Part shown: positions 38,901 to 52,775 of the stretch, piece by piece
Layout of the letters: each line of letters begins with the position of its first letter
Numbering within the stretch: position 1 is the first letter of the stretch
DNA from: Haliotis rufescens
Taxonomy: Eukaryota
DNA length: 64,000 nt
Reading direction: 5' to 3'
Assembly: GCF_023055435.1 (NCBI RefSeq)
Contig: NW_025963890.1
Span: forward strand, 23,560,001-23,624,000
Made by a program: the position numbers and the translations under genes
The notes under the pieces: model-generated
The model's input: the letters and a program-made list of their open reading frames with translations, nothing else
Database searches by the model: none
What the model was told of the DNA's origin: nothing

Positions 38901-39433
38901 TGTCTTTGTAGTCTCCCTGGTCGAATGTTTCACAACAATCATCGGAAGATATTGACCAATCAGAGTGCCTCTCCTGTGCCGGTCTGATGTCGGCCATTTG
39001 TGCCTAAGATGTTTCAAAGTGGTGAGTCGACCACAAGTGGTCGATATAATTTAATAGCAATAAAGAATTGGGAGGTATCATGTATTGGGATCGATAGAAT
39101 AATCACCCTAGAAAAGGTAAATTTCATGTTTTTGTGCATGATTTGCGCTTTTACTTTAGAAACAGTGATACAAGGCAAGTGGTGCTGTACGGAGTGTCTG
39201 GCCTTGTGTCTGAGTGTCTGACACTCGTGATATCAATCATGTTAAATGATCTAGAAATATTTAAGCAATGGCAGAAAGGCCTGTGGGACAGTACATTTGG
39301 CCCAATTTGGCTGTGATCTGGATAATTCCGTTTCCTTTGAATTTGCAAATCTCTGTTTCAGAAAGCAATAATTGAAAGGACAATAGAGAAGATAGAAAAG
39401 AAACAAGAGGAAGAATGGCTGAAGCACAAGTAG
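35915..39433 (+). CDS. PET100: PET100 cytochrome c oxidase assembly chaperone, 73 aa; exons 35915-35944, 37151-37237, 37876-37908, 39362-39433
   Basis: MGGWKLEVFK/MAVYMSFPVSLFYYFNQPEFFEDWMMSKR/NQLFPPQDKNA/KAIIERTIEKIEKKQEEEWLKHK* fits the PET100 pattern (KLEvFkm..Y..FPV..f...NQ.e.FE); phase-0 GT-AG introns. Confidence 0.93.
38073..38495. repeat. 34-bp minisatellite, about 12 copies, in PET100 intron 3
   Basis: Unit agccagcctagacatgtcctctctgaactgttgc. Confidence 0.95.
38560..39126. mobile_element. Foldback/MITE-like element with ~160-bp imperfect inverted repeats
   Basis: tctagggtgattattctatcgatcccaatacatgatacc at the left is the reverse complement of ggtatcatgtattgggatcgatagaataatcaccctaga at the right; no clear TSD. 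Confidence 0.75.
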
Positions 39434-39664
39434 TCTTAGGATACAGTGTGTATCATGTATATATGTACATAACCATGGAGATATGCTGTAGCTCATCGTG
39501 TGTGTGTGGACAGTCAGAGAGAGTCAGTCATTTTGAACTTGTACACAGGAAATTAAACAAGATAAATACATATGCATTTGCCATGTGGTTTTTCTTTCAT
39601 TGTTTCATATATTTCATGCTTTCTATAACAGAGATAATGGGAGACAGATGATCTAAGGGAGAAC

Positions 39665-40897
39665 CACTCAATCTGGGTCACTATGACTGAACAGTCGATA
39701 CTGTGAGACAGGTGCCCCACTCAATCTGGGTGACTACATGACTGAACAGTCGATACTGTGAGACAGGTGCCCCACTCAATCTGGGTGACTACATGACTGA
39801 ACAGTCGATACTGTGAGACAGGTGCCCCACTCAATCTGGGTGACTACATGACTGAACAGTCGATACTGTGAGACAGGTGCCCCACTCAATCTGGGTGACT
39901 ACATGACTGAACAGTCGATACTGTGAGACAGGTGCCCCACTCAATCTGGGTGACTACATGACTGAACAGTCGATACTGTGAGACAGGTGCCCCACTCAAT
40001 CTGGGTGACTACATGACTGAACAGTCGATACTGTGAGACAGGTGCCCCACTCAATCTGGGTGACTACATGACTGAACAGTCGATACTGTGAGACAGGTGC
40101 CCCACTCAATCTGGGTGACTACATGACTGAACAGTCGATACTGTGAGACAGGTGCCCCACTCAATCTGGGTGACTACATGACTGAACAGTCGATACTGTG
40201 AGACAGGTGCCCCACTTAATCTGGGTGACTACATGACTGAACAGTCGATACTGTGAGACAGGTGCCCCACTCAATCTGGGTCACTATGACTGAACAGTCG
40301 ATACTGTGAGACAGGTGCCCCACTCAATATGGGTGACTACATGACTGAACAGCCGATACTGTGAGACGGGTGCCCCACTCAATATGGGTCACTATGACTG
40401 AACAGTCGATACTGTAAGACAGGTGCCCCACTCAATCTGGGTGACTACATGACTGAACAGTCGATACTGTGAGACAGGTGCCTCACTCAATCTGGGTGAC
40501 TACATGACTGAACAGTCGATACTGTGAGACAGGTGCCCCACTCAATCTGGGTCACTATGACTGAACAGTCGATACTGTGAGACAGGTGCCCCACTCAATC
40601 TGGGTCACTATGACTGAGTAAAAGGCAACTATGCTTGTCGTAAGAGGCGACTAATGGGATTGGGTGCTGACCTGGTTGATGCATGTCATCGTATCCCAAC
40701 TGTGTGGATCAATGCGCATGATTTCAATCACTGCATTGTCTGCTCCAGACTCGATTATTTACAGACAGCCGTCTTATAGCTGGAATATTGCTGAGTGTGG
40801 CATTGAACAACAAACAAACAAACACTCAATCTGGGTCACTATGACTGAACAGTCGATACTGTGAGATAGGTTACCCACTCAATCTGGGTCACTATGA
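39665..40897. repeat. 55-bp minisatellite (53-bp variants), about 18 copies, interrupted by SINEs
   Basis: Unit actcaatctgggtgactacatgactgaacagtcgatactgtgagacaggtgcccc. Confidence 0.95.
40618..40823 (+). mobile_element. 5'-truncated Meta/MESC-core SINE
   Basis: atgcttgtcgtaagaggcgactaa core; tail gctggaatattgctgagtgtggcattgaac(aaac)n. Confidence 0.75.
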
Positions 40898-40900
40898 AAG

Positions 40901-41080
40901 GGGGGCGGTCGGGTAGCCTAGTGGTTAAAGCGTTCACTCGTCACGCCGAAGACCCAGGTTCGATTCCCAACATGGGGACAATTTGTGAGGCCCATTTCTG
41001 GTGTCCTCTGCTCTGATATTGCTGGAATATTGCTAAAAGCGGCGTAAAACCATACTCACTCACTCACTCACTCACTCACT
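40901..41080 (+). mobile_element. SINE family A with TSD
   Basis: Matches 5351-5520; tcactatgaaag on both sides. Confidence 0.9.
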
Positions 41081-41759
41081 ATGAAAGAACAATCGATAAC
41101 TTGAAGCCAGAGGAACATTACATTTGTAGTTTGGATGGTTAACCATCTTCAATATACAAGGGAAGTGAGTGAATGTTGTTTTACAACACAATCAGCAATA
41201 TTTGTCCTGTGTCATGTTTGCCTGTACATCATCCAGTCCACAGATTAGTGGTTAAGATTATGCATAACAGCCCATGGCCTTTGGGTACAATTACGATCCA
41301 TTCACACAGTGACTCTAAACACCTTATCCAATTTAATCACTTCTCACAACATGCAACCTATTCTCACCTTGGTCCCAAGGGGATCGATCCTCACTACATG
41401 TTTGAACATTATACTTAGATGCTTCTCCAGCTTTTGTTCTCACTTTCAAAAGTAACAAAGTGTCGTTTATCTGGACAATGCTCAATTGCTTGTGACAGTT
41501 ATAACTCAAGAGAAGGCACTGTGCTCAGAATGATGCTGTTAAACTTACACTCCAAGACCAATGCTGTAATAGTTTTATAGTTTGAGAAGGAGACTTGATT
41601 CCTGGCCAGTGCTGTTACAGTTATATACCTATAGAAGAGGAGGGCCAGTGATGAAGTAATTATATACCTCAATAAGGGAATGGGATTCTGGACACTGTTA
41701 TAATAGGTCTTCAGCAACTCATGCTTGCTGTAAAAGTCGACTATATACTATATATATAT

Positions 41760-42388
41760 ACTAGGAAACTATATTCTAGACCTATGTTGTAACACTTATA
41801 TACCTCGGTAAATAGACTAGATTCTAGACCGATGTTGTAACACTTATATACCTCGGTAAATAGACTAGATTCTAGACCGATGTTGTAACACTTATATACC
41901 TTGGTAAATAGACTAGATTCTAGACCGATGTTGTAACACTTATATACCTCGGTAAATAGACTAGATTCTAGACCTAAGTTGTAACGCTTACATACCTCGT
42001 TAAATAGACTAGATTCTAGACCTTTGTTGTAACCCTTTTATACCTCGGTAAATAGCCTAGATTCTAGACCTATGTTGTAACACTTATATACCTCGGTAAA
42101 TAGACTAGATTCTAGACCTATGTTGTAACACTTACATAACTCGGTAAATAGACTAGATTCTAGACCTATGTTGTAACACTTTTATACCTCGGTAAATAGA
42201 CTAGATTCTAGACCTATGTTGTAACACTTATATACCTCGGTAAATAGACTAGATTCTAGACCTATGTTGTAACACTTATATAACTCGGTAAATAGACTAG
42301 ATTCTAGACCTATGTTGTAACACTTATATACCTCGGTAAATAGACTAGATTCTAGACCTATGTTGTAACAGTTACATGCCTTGGTAAA
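41760..42388. repeat. 48-bp minisatellite, about 13 copies
   Basis: Unit ctagattctagacctatgttgtaacacttatatacctcggtaaataga. Confidence 0.95.
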
Positions 42389-42456
42389 TGTGTATCAACG
42401 TGTTCCAATTATGTGCATCTCTATATAGGTGTATCAGCGTATTCCAATCGCGTTGA

Positions 42457-42615
42457 GGGGCGGTGGGATAGCCTATTTGTTAAAGCGTTCGCTCATCACG
42501 CTGAAGTCCCGAGTTCGATTTCCCACATGGGTACAATGGTTGAAGCCCATTTCTGGTGTACATCGCTTTGATATTGCTGGAATATTGCTATAAGCGGAGT
42601 AAAACCAAACCAATT
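42457..42615 (+). mobile_element. SINE family A, diverged
   Basis: ggggcggtgggatagcc...gttcgatttcccacatgggtacaa...gctggaatattgct. Confidence 0.85.
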
Positions 42616-45085
42616 CACCCCTAAATAGTGTGGATCTCTTTATCAGTGTACCAACGTGTTCCAGTAGCGTGTCTCTCAACATCAATTTACCAACGTGTCC
42701 CAACGTGTCATGGCGTCCTACAACAGTATATCTATGTTTAAGTTTAATAGATTTTCTAAATGCACATGTGAAAACATTGTAGTTTAATAAACGTTTAAAA
42801 CACGGTCATAATCATTCTGAACTGAGTGGATGGACTTGTAATCAAAGCAAGACACTTATTAACATATTTTTGTGGTGTATTTTATTACGAATGCGTCTTG
42901 TCGGAATGGAATCGTAATTTTGTCAATATTACAATGCGTATTCTGTGATATCTCTATTACTTTTCATGACGATACAGTTTTCGCTTTAAAATATTTCACA
43001 GTTATATCTATCAACTTCGCACACATATTTTCAATAAATCGGGCTAAAGCTTATTTTATTTATGGCATCTGATACTCAACGCTAATTCACCCAAGCGGTC
43101 CAACACCAACACTGTCGCACGAGACTGAGCACAAAGCAAAATTGTGTATGTCGCACGAGATTGAGCACTTGACCAAATTGTCTTTGTCGCACTAGACCAA
43201 ATTGTGTAGTTTTCTTACATAAAATATGAATAAATAGAAGAAATGTCTCCTGTTCTTTCAGGATGCGTTAAACGTAAAAAAAGCCCAATCCACACGTGGT
43301 CCAAAACATTCTGAAAATATCCATGGTGAATATGAGAATCAATACCCTATATCGTAAATAAGTATTGATCGTAATGTGTATCTCCACGTAGAAAACATGC
43401 TCAAAGAGTGTTTAACATGCAACGTCAATGACGTGATGGGAGAGTGGCTGGACGATAACAGGAATCAATCAAAACGTGTCTATCGCATGTTAAATGTAAT
43501 ATTCTCGATTTTGTACATCGATTGCTGACGCTTTGATGGAAATGATTGGGCGATGTAAGTGAAATGAATACCATATTGTAACTATATTGTTAGAATGAAT
43601 AATCTGAGAAACCAGGAGATATACTTGGAGGGCGTTAGATAATTAGGCTTCAGGCGCTTTGGTTGAGTACCATTTGGATACGTCCATGTTCATCATATCA
43701 CAATTTGCCTACAAAGTAACAGAAGGCAAGTTGGGATTGAAAAACACACCACTAAGGAGATAATGATCACGACTCTTAAAGTGTGATCACTTTCGTGATC
43801 CAAGTTATAATATAATATATGAATTAATGATTAGAATATCATGATTTATGCAATATAATAATGCAGCTACTAAAAAAATAATTATTAGGAACGTGTCAGT
43901 TACTTGTTTACAATAAAGTAAAAGTTATTGCCTTAACATTGAACATACCTCGATTGATTAAAAGCTAAACAATTAATGTACCCATTCTTACAACATCAGG
44001 AAACGCATGGACTACGCCCCCCTACACCCATGATCAGTATGGCGCTCGGCTTCCAAGGATCTATATATGTTATGATTTCTACTAGTAATATGACAATCAA
44101 ACTAGAAAAAAAATCAATAAAAAAGTTGTTATCCGTGCACACAGAAAACATACATAACATTATGTTGTGACTGAGGATTTATTTGGGATTATTGGTGTTG
44201 TCATGATACATTTACCTATATACCATGGTTAGATGTATTTTTGTTATTTTTGTTGTACGCGATCACACGTTATAAACAATAAATAACCACATATCCTTCG
44301 CATGTATTTGTTACCTTGGGGTTCGAACTTGTTCCTCTGAATTCGACCTGCAAAATAGTTCTTGAGCTTAGCAGATGCAGAGTGATGTCCCCTTTGAACA
44401 CTCTTCAGCATTTCAGGTGCTTCCTGTGTAATGGCGCGTCGCGATGTAAACAAATGACAAACCGAATTTTTGCTCAGTGCAATATATTTATTTCCAGGTA
44501 TCTCTTACATTTCAATGTATCTATGTACGCCACAAAAACACCTCACACATTACAAAACCCCATCTCTGTGTAATCTGAGAAACATTAATTCCAGATCTTA
44601 ATTCTAAATCAATATTTTATCTGATGAAAACAATAATAGGAATCTGACATTTCGATGATAAAACTGCTAAGGTCAAATACACATAGTAAATTATTTTCAT
44701 ATTTTCTAATAACTATTTGCTTCTTCTTTTTCTAAAAGCAAATTAACCTACTATATGACAATCATTTATAATATCCCTTGTATTTGGGAATTATTACGTA
44801 GTGTTGTCAAGTGATAATATCTTTTGCAACCATGGAATAGCAATGACACTGTTCGTTGCATACCCTATGAGTTTACATCTTCTTGTCTTTTACAATCTGT
44901 TAAATTTCGAATATCTTTTCAACAAGCAATTTAATGGGAAATTAATTGACACCAGCGTGAATACTTAAAAAATAATAAATTCATCAAGAAATGTACTAGA
45001 TCTAGATCTACATCTTGACATCAACATTTTGCTATATGGTGACTGTAATTTTCTTCTCATCCAAGTTTGCACATCACAGAGAGCC

Positions 45086-48000
45086 ATGAACATTGAAGTC
45101 AGTGGGCGTATCCGTCCCCTTGTCCCAGGTGAGGGGAAGGAAAACTTATCAATTGAAGGAACACAAAGGCTGACAGCTCCAGGAGGACACTTCTTCCAGT
45201 AAATACTTACCTTCTTTCAACAATACACATTTTGTAATATTAATTTCTTTTAATTTAATGTCAATTCAAAATGTCCAGTATAAAGACTAATGTGTTTGTT
45301 TTCAGTGTTATCCAATAATCCTATAATTATGATGATAATGGTTAAACATGTCAGAGCTAGAAATGGGGATTCACAGGCATCAAAAATCCCCCTCCTGAAA
45401 TCCACACATTATGAAACCAAATCACAGTAAAATTATGAAAATGCAGACAGAGTCATCCATATGTTACTGTCTTGTTTAAAATCTTTTCTCTACATTGAGG
45501 TTAAGAGTTTGGATCTATCTATGTTAACTCTTGTTTTCTTCAAAATGAAGGTTTTCTGCTAATGTATGATAAGTTTACTGAAATCAAAAATAAGTCCAGC
45601 ATCACTTTTGTAAATCTAATATATTATCATTATTAATTTGAACATGTTTACAAATTTTTAGCAAGGAAGGATTTAAAAAAACTTTATTTAGGTAAACATC
45701 ATTTAACAAACACAATCTCAATTTTCTAGCTTCCAGAACCTTTTCAGGAGGGAATCGACCACATATGACATCTTCCGGAACTCGGTCGAGCTGCTGCTGG
45801 AGATGCTGATGTCAGGCTTCAATGTGTGTCTGCTGGTGACGGGGGAGAGTGGGTCGGGCAAGTCCTACACTATGGCAGGGGAGAGCAGCGCCAGGGCGGG
45901 ACTTGTACAGATGGTCTTCGATTACCTCTTTGCCAAACTCATGGAAGGTGAGCTACTGAAACAAAAATAATAGTCTTCCTGCATATTTGACTCAGTCATT
46001 TTTGCTCAATATGTCATGAAATTTGGTATATGTGGACTTAGTAGTGACAACATACGTTCCGATATTTTATATTTTGGCATTTCCTTTCACTATAACTAGT
46101 ATAAGGAAACATCATCTCCTCAGAAACCACTGGACCAATGATGCTGAAACTTCACATACTTGTTCCCACCAATGAGGACACCTAAAATTATTCAAGAGGT
46201 TCGAATCCAATTTTCAACATGGCTGCTACATCAGCCATTTACTTGACCAGTTTTTTATAGAATGTAACAAAATTTGGTGTTTCTTTAGTATGTTGTGGGA
46301 ATGAACAAACATGTTCCGTTCTATTTTAGCCCAAAAAATTAAAATAAGATCTTTTACTCCAATACTATGCCTCTCTGCATGAAAGTCTGCCACGTGTCAA
46401 GCCTTCTTAATTCTCGTTACGAGTGAGCGAGGCATTCAAAACAGCATATGTTTTTTTTTCGTCTTGAAAACACGCTTGAACGACTTTTCCTGAATGTACA
46501 TATAAATGAAGACTGTGCCATTATATTACTGTTGATATTGTATACACCCTATTATTCCTGAGCTTTGTGGCATCTAAACCCAAAGGCTGTCATTTTTGTG
46601 TGCTGTGTGGGTTTCATTTTGCTAAACTCAATATTTCCAAATCAAGTAATAAAGAAATACAGCCAAATTATCAGCTGACATTTCACTGGCTCAGGAACCC
46701 ACTCATCCCTCATTTAGATTGGGCAATCAAAGATAGCTCAGCGTTCACCTGATGCGACCTTATATGGAGGTGTCCTCATATCTTAACACAAAGAGATATT
46801 GTATCGGAGTAAAAGATTGGTTATGATCATAGTGTTGAACTTTGTCAGGTATGTTTCTCTTTATGATGACATCATATTTTGTTCAAATAATTGGAGTTCA
46901 ATATTTATGCAGAAAACATTGGAATATCAATGCTGGTGGCAACTTTTGTTAAGTGGCTATCTTTATTGATATTGTAAGCTACAGTGCTGTGGCACAATGT
47001 TTATACCCTCTTGGCAGAAACTTTCATCTTTCAAATGATGCATCAAACCACTAAGTCCTGCTCTATAGAATATACTGGTAGGTCCCCAGCAACCTATGCT
47101 TGTCATACGAGGCGACCAAATGGATAGGGTCTTTCAGGTAGTTACTGGCAACCAATTCTCATAAGAGACGGAGGTTACAAAGGACCAATTCATATAAGAA
47201 TCGTGTTACAAGGGACCAATTCTTATAAGAGACGGAAGTTACAAAGGACCAATTCTCATAAGAGACGGAGGTTACAAAGGACCAATTCATATAAGAATCG
47301 TGTTACAAGGGACCAATTCTTATAAGAGACGGAGGCTACAAAGGACCAATTCATATAAGAATCGTGTTACAAGGGACCAATTCTTATAAGAGACGGAGGT
47401 TACAAAGGACCAATTCATATAAGAATCGTGTTACAAGGGACCAATTCTTATAAGAGACGGAGGTTACAAAGGACCAATTCATATAAGAATCGTGTTACAA
47501 GGGACCAATTCTTATAAGAGACGGAGGTTACAAAGGACCAATTCATATAAGAATTGTGTTACAAGGGACCGATTCTTATAAGAGACGGAGGTTACAAAGG
47601 ACCAATTCATATAAGAATCGTGTTACAAGGGACCGATTCTTATAAGAGACGGAGGTTACAAAGGACCAATTCATATAAGAATCGTGTTACAAGGGACCAA
47701 TTCTTATAAGAGACGGAGGCTACAAAGGACCAATTCATATAAGAATCGTGTTACAAGGGACCAATTCTTTTAAGAGACGGAGGTTACAAAGGACCAATTG
47801 ATATAAGAATCATGTTACAAGGGACCAATTCTTATAAGAGAAGGAGGTTAAAAAGGACCAATTCATATAAGAATTGTGTTACTAGGGACCAATTCTTATA
47901 AGAGACGGAGGTTACAAAGGACCAATTCATATAAGAATCGTGTTACAAGGGACCAATTCTAATAAGAGACGGAGGTTACAAAGGACCAATTCATATAAGA

Positions 48001-51000
48001 ATCGTGTTACAAGGGACCAATTCTTATAAGAGACCGAGGTTACAAAGGACCAATTCATATAAGAATCGTGTTACAAGGGACCAATTCTTATAAGAGACGG
48101 AGGTTACAAAGGACCAATTCTCATAAGAGACGGAGGTTACAAAGGACCAATTCATATAAGAATCGTGTTACAAGGGACCAATTCTTATAAGAGACGGAGG
48201 TTACAAAGGACCAATTCATATAAGAATCATGTTACAAGGGACCAATTCTCATAAGAGACGGAGGTTACAAAGGACCAATTCATATAAGAATCGTGTTACA
48301 AGGGACCAATTCTTATAAGAGACGGAGGTTACAAAGGACCAATTCATATAAGAATCGTGTTACAAGGGACCGATTCTTATAAGAATCGTGTTACAAAGGA
48401 CCAATTCATATAAGAATCGTGTTACAAGGGACCGATTCTTATAAGAGACGGAGGTTACAAAGGACCAATTCATATAAGAATCGTGTTACAAGGGACCAAT
48501 TCATATAAGAGATGGAGGTTACAAAGGACCAATTCATATAAGAATCGTGTTACAAGGGACCAATTCTTATAAGAGACGGAGGCTACAAAGGACCAATTCA
48601 TATAAGAATCGTGTTACAAGGGACCGATTCTTATAAGAGACGGAGGTTACAAAGGACCAATTCATATAAGAATCATGTTACAAGGGACCAATTCTTATAA
48701 GAGACAGAGGTTACAAAGGACCAATTCTCATAAGAGACGGAGGTTACAAAGGACCAATTCATATAAGAATCGTGTTACAAGGGACCAATTCTTATAAGAG
48801 ACGGAGGTTACAAAGGACCAATTCATATAAGAATCATGTTACAAGGGACCAATTCTTATAAGAGACGGAGGTTACAAAGGACCAATTCATATAAGAATCG
48901 TGTGTAAGGGACCAATTCTTATAAGAGACGGAGGCTACAAAGGACCAATTCTTATAAGAATCGTGTTACAAGGGACCAATTCTTATAAGAGACGGAGGTT
49001 ACAAAGGACCAATTCATATAAGAATCGTGTTACAAGGGACCAATTCTTATAAGAGACGGAGGTTACAAAGGACCAATTCTCATAAGAGACGGAGGTTACA
49101 AAGGACCAATTCATATAAGAATCGTGTTACAAGGGACCAATTCTTATAAGAGACGGAGGTTACAAAGGACCAATTCATATAAGAATCATGTTACAAGGGA
49201 CCAATTCTTATAAGAGACGGAGGTTACAAAGGACCAATTCATATAAGAATCGTGTTACAAGGGACCGATTCTTATAAGAGACGGAGGTTACAAAGGACCA
49301 ATTCATATAAGAATCGTGTTACAAGGGACCAATTCTTATAAGAGACAGAGGTTACAAAGGACCAATTCTCATAAGAGACGGAGGTTACAAAGGACCAATT
49401 CATATAAGAATCGTGTTACAAGGGACCAATTCTTATAAGAGACGGAGGTTACAAAGGACCAATTCATATAAGAATCGTGTGTAAGGGACCAATTCTTATA
49501 AGAGACGGAGGCTACAAAGGACCAATTCTTATAAGAATCATGTTACAAGGGACCAATTCTTATAAGAGACGGAGGTTACAAAGGACCAATTCATATAAGA
49601 ATCGTGTTACAAGGGACCAATTCTTATAAGAGATGGAGGTTACAAAGGACCAATTCTCATAAGAGACGGAGGTTACAAAGGACCAATTCATATAAGAATC
49701 GTGTTACAAGGGACCAATTCTTATAAGAGACGGAGGTTACAAAGGACCAATTCATATAAGAATCATGTTACAAGGGACCAATTCTTATAAGAGACGGAGG
49801 TTACAAAGGACCAATTCATATAAGAATCGTGTTACAAGGGACCAATTCTTATAAGAGACTGAGGTTACAAAGGACCAATTCATATAAGAATCGTGTTACA
49901 AGGGACCAATTCTCATAAGAGACGTAGGTCACAAAGGACCAATTCATATAAGAATCGTGTTACAAGGGACCAATTCTTATAAGAGACGGAGGCTACAAAG
50001 GACCAATTCATATAAGAATCGTGTTACAAGGGACCAATTCTTATAAGAGACGGAGGTTACAAAGGACCAATTCATATAAGAATTGTGTTACAAGGGACCG
50101 ATTCTTATAAGAGACGGAGGTTACAAAGGACCAATTCATATAAGAATCGTGTTACAAAGGACCAATTTTCATATGAGACGGAGGTTACAAAGGACCAATT
50201 CATATAAGAATCGTGTTACAAGGGACCAATTCTTATCAGAGACGGAGGTTACAAAGGACCAATTCTCATAAGAGACGGAGGTTACAAAGGACCAATTCAT
50301 ATAAGAATCGTGTTACAAGGGACCAATTCTTATAAGAGACGGAGGTTACAAAGAACCAATTCTTATAGGAAATGTGTTACAAGGGACCAATTCTTATAAG
50401 AGACAGGGAGCAATTCATGTAATTTATATAAGAAACAGGGGTTACTAAGGACCAATTCATATAAAAAACTGGTATCTAAGGACCAATTCATATAAGAAAC
50501 AGGTTACTAGGGACCAATTCATGTAAGAGATGTGTATACTAAGGACCAATTCATATAAAAGACAGGGGTTACTATGGACCAGTTCATGTAAAAGACAGGG
50601 GTTATTAAGGACCAATTATATTAGAGACAGGTTACTAGGGACCAATTCATATAAATTACAGGGGTTACTAAGGACCAATTCATGTAAGAGACGTGGCTTA
50701 CTAAGGACCAATTCATATAAAAGACAGAGGTTACTAGGGACCATTTCTTATATGAGACAGGTTTCTAGGGACTAATTCATATAAGAGGCAGAGGTTACTA
50801 AGGACCAATTCAAATAAGAAACATGTTTCTTGGGACCAATTCAAATATAAAACTGGTTACTGGGGACCAATTCATATTTAAAAATGGTTACTAGGGATCA
50901 ATTCATATGAGAAACATGGGCTAATGGGGACCAATTCATATAAGAAGCGGTTTACTAGGGACAAATTCATATAAATAGTGGATTATTAGGGACCAATTCA

Positions 51001-52775
51001 TATAAGAGACAATGGTTACTGAGGACCAATTCATATAAGAGACATGCTACTATGGACTAATTCATGTAAGGGACTGGTTTCTAAGGACCAATTCATATAC
51101 AATACAGGTTACTAAGAACAAATTCATATTAGAAAAGGGGTTACTAAGGACAAATTCATAGAAGAAACGGGGACCTATATATAAGAAACCACTCATAAGA
51201 GTCACTAAGGACCAATGCAGCCCTGGACGCTGTGTGGAGAAGAAGCTTTGTGTATTGGTTAGATGTAGTTCTGAGTTTGTGGGTTACATATTCAGCCTGT
51301 ACTATTCATGACAAGGAAGCAAGTATTACATATCCTGTCCCTGACACAAGTTCTCTGATGCTACACTGTCATGATGACATCACTGACACATGAACACATA
51401 GTCTGAGGAAGGTGTACCCAATGATCCCTGAGTCAGCTGATGTTGATGACAACACACAGAATCACATGACATATTTCCCCCTTGTTTCAGACACATTCAA
51501 GTCAGATACAAAGACAAAACGTAAAAACCCCAAAGTGTACATCCAGATGTATGAGATCTATAATGAGATGGTCAAGAAGCTCTTGGAGGTTCCCCAGGGC
51601 CAGTCTGTGTTCTCAAACATCACAGAGTCCGCAGATAAGGGCATACATGTCAGGGTAAGTGATAGCTAGCTGTTCATGTGTGACTGGCATATACTTCAGC
51701 ATAGTATTATACTTCATGCACTATATCAAGGGTAATATTAATGTTTAGTGTCATGAGCACCATTCACAATACACTGGTCTTGCAGAAGGTATCAACAATC
51801 ATATTTAACTTTTAAAGATATGTTTGTGGTCATCCATATGTCTGTCCTTATGTCATTAACATTTACATTTTCAACATCTCTTCTAAAACTACAAGGCCTA
51901 CGGAGCTGAAACTATGGAATTACCCCAGCTTTGACGTCTGTAAAAAGTGCTCACAGAGTTCCAATCTGACTTTAAACATGGTGCTTCACATATTGATATG
52001 TTTGTGGCATAGGAAATACTATAATACTATGATGATGTTTGTGTGCTCCTTAGAGAAAGTGGATTATAGGCTACAGTGTGATGTTCTTGATACAACATTA
52101 TGTGAAGAGCAAAGTGCAGCAAACATTAGCATCTAAGGTTGAAGGAGACAAGGTACAGATATACACTGAACACATCCTCGCTATTGGGGGCGGTCGGGTA
52201 GCCTAGTGGTTAAAGCGTTTGCTCGTCACGCAGAAGACCCGGGTTCGATTCCCCGCCTGGGTATAATGTGTGAAGCCTATTTCTGGTATCCCCCACCTTC
52301 ATATTGCTGGAATATTGCTAAAAGTGGCGTATAACAATACTCACTCACTCACTCTTCTGCTATTGCACTGCAGTGTAGAGTGGAGGATGGCGTGTTGTCC
52401 GGTCATCCATATGTCCATATTTACATTTTCAACATCTCCTCTAAAACTACAAGGCCTACGGAGCTGAAACTATGGAATTACCCCAGCTTTGACGTCTGTA
52501 AAAAGTGCTCACAGAGTTCCAATCTGACTTTAAACATGGTGCTTCACATATTGTAGCACATAGCCATAATGTTGTACTACTCTCCTTTTGGCACTACTTG
52601 TCTGATACTATGTGGTTGTCTGCTGCAACAGAAAGCTATGCCAGTACATGTGAAGGATGCCGGCGATGCTAACCTTCAGTTCCGCTCCGGCTGGGGGCGT
52701 AGAACAGAGGCTTCAACGGACTACGGGCCCGCACAGAATAATGCAGCCATCTTACTCAATATTGATCTTCATATG
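45086..52775 (+). CDS. Divergent kinesin-motor-domain protein, 5' part; exons 45080/45086-45198, 45730-45947, 51491-51654, 52632-52775; no further exon found in the window
   Basis: MNIEVSGRIRPL (beta1), GFNVCLLVTGESGSGKSYTMAG (P-loop), MYEIYNE, GIHVR, GWGRRTEASTDYG; junction phases 2, 1 and 0 all compatible. A possible first exon (MARRD, 44431-44445) is weakly supported. Confidence 0.88.
47150..51215. repeat. Intronic satellite: 33+31-bp dimeric array (47150-50400) plus degenerate monomeric flank (50400-51215)
   Basis: A = ataagagacggaggttacaaaggaccaattcat, B = ataagaatcgtgttacaagggaccaattctt, mostly alternating. Confidence 0.97.
51860..52553 (+). repeat. ~135-bp near-identical direct duplication (about 51860-51995 and 52418-52553)
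   Basis: atttacattttcaacatctc...ggtgcttcacatattg occurs twice. Confidence 0.85.
52185..52353 (+). mobile_element. SINE family A
   Basis: Matches the family A consensus; ctattg on both sides. Confidence 0.88.

Noticed and set aside
39665-42388. CRISPR-like appearance of regular repeats
   Set aside because: Head-to-tail units with no unique spacers, eukaryotic context and no cas genes.
50083-50775. Short ORFs in the satellite
   Set aside because: Repeat translations.
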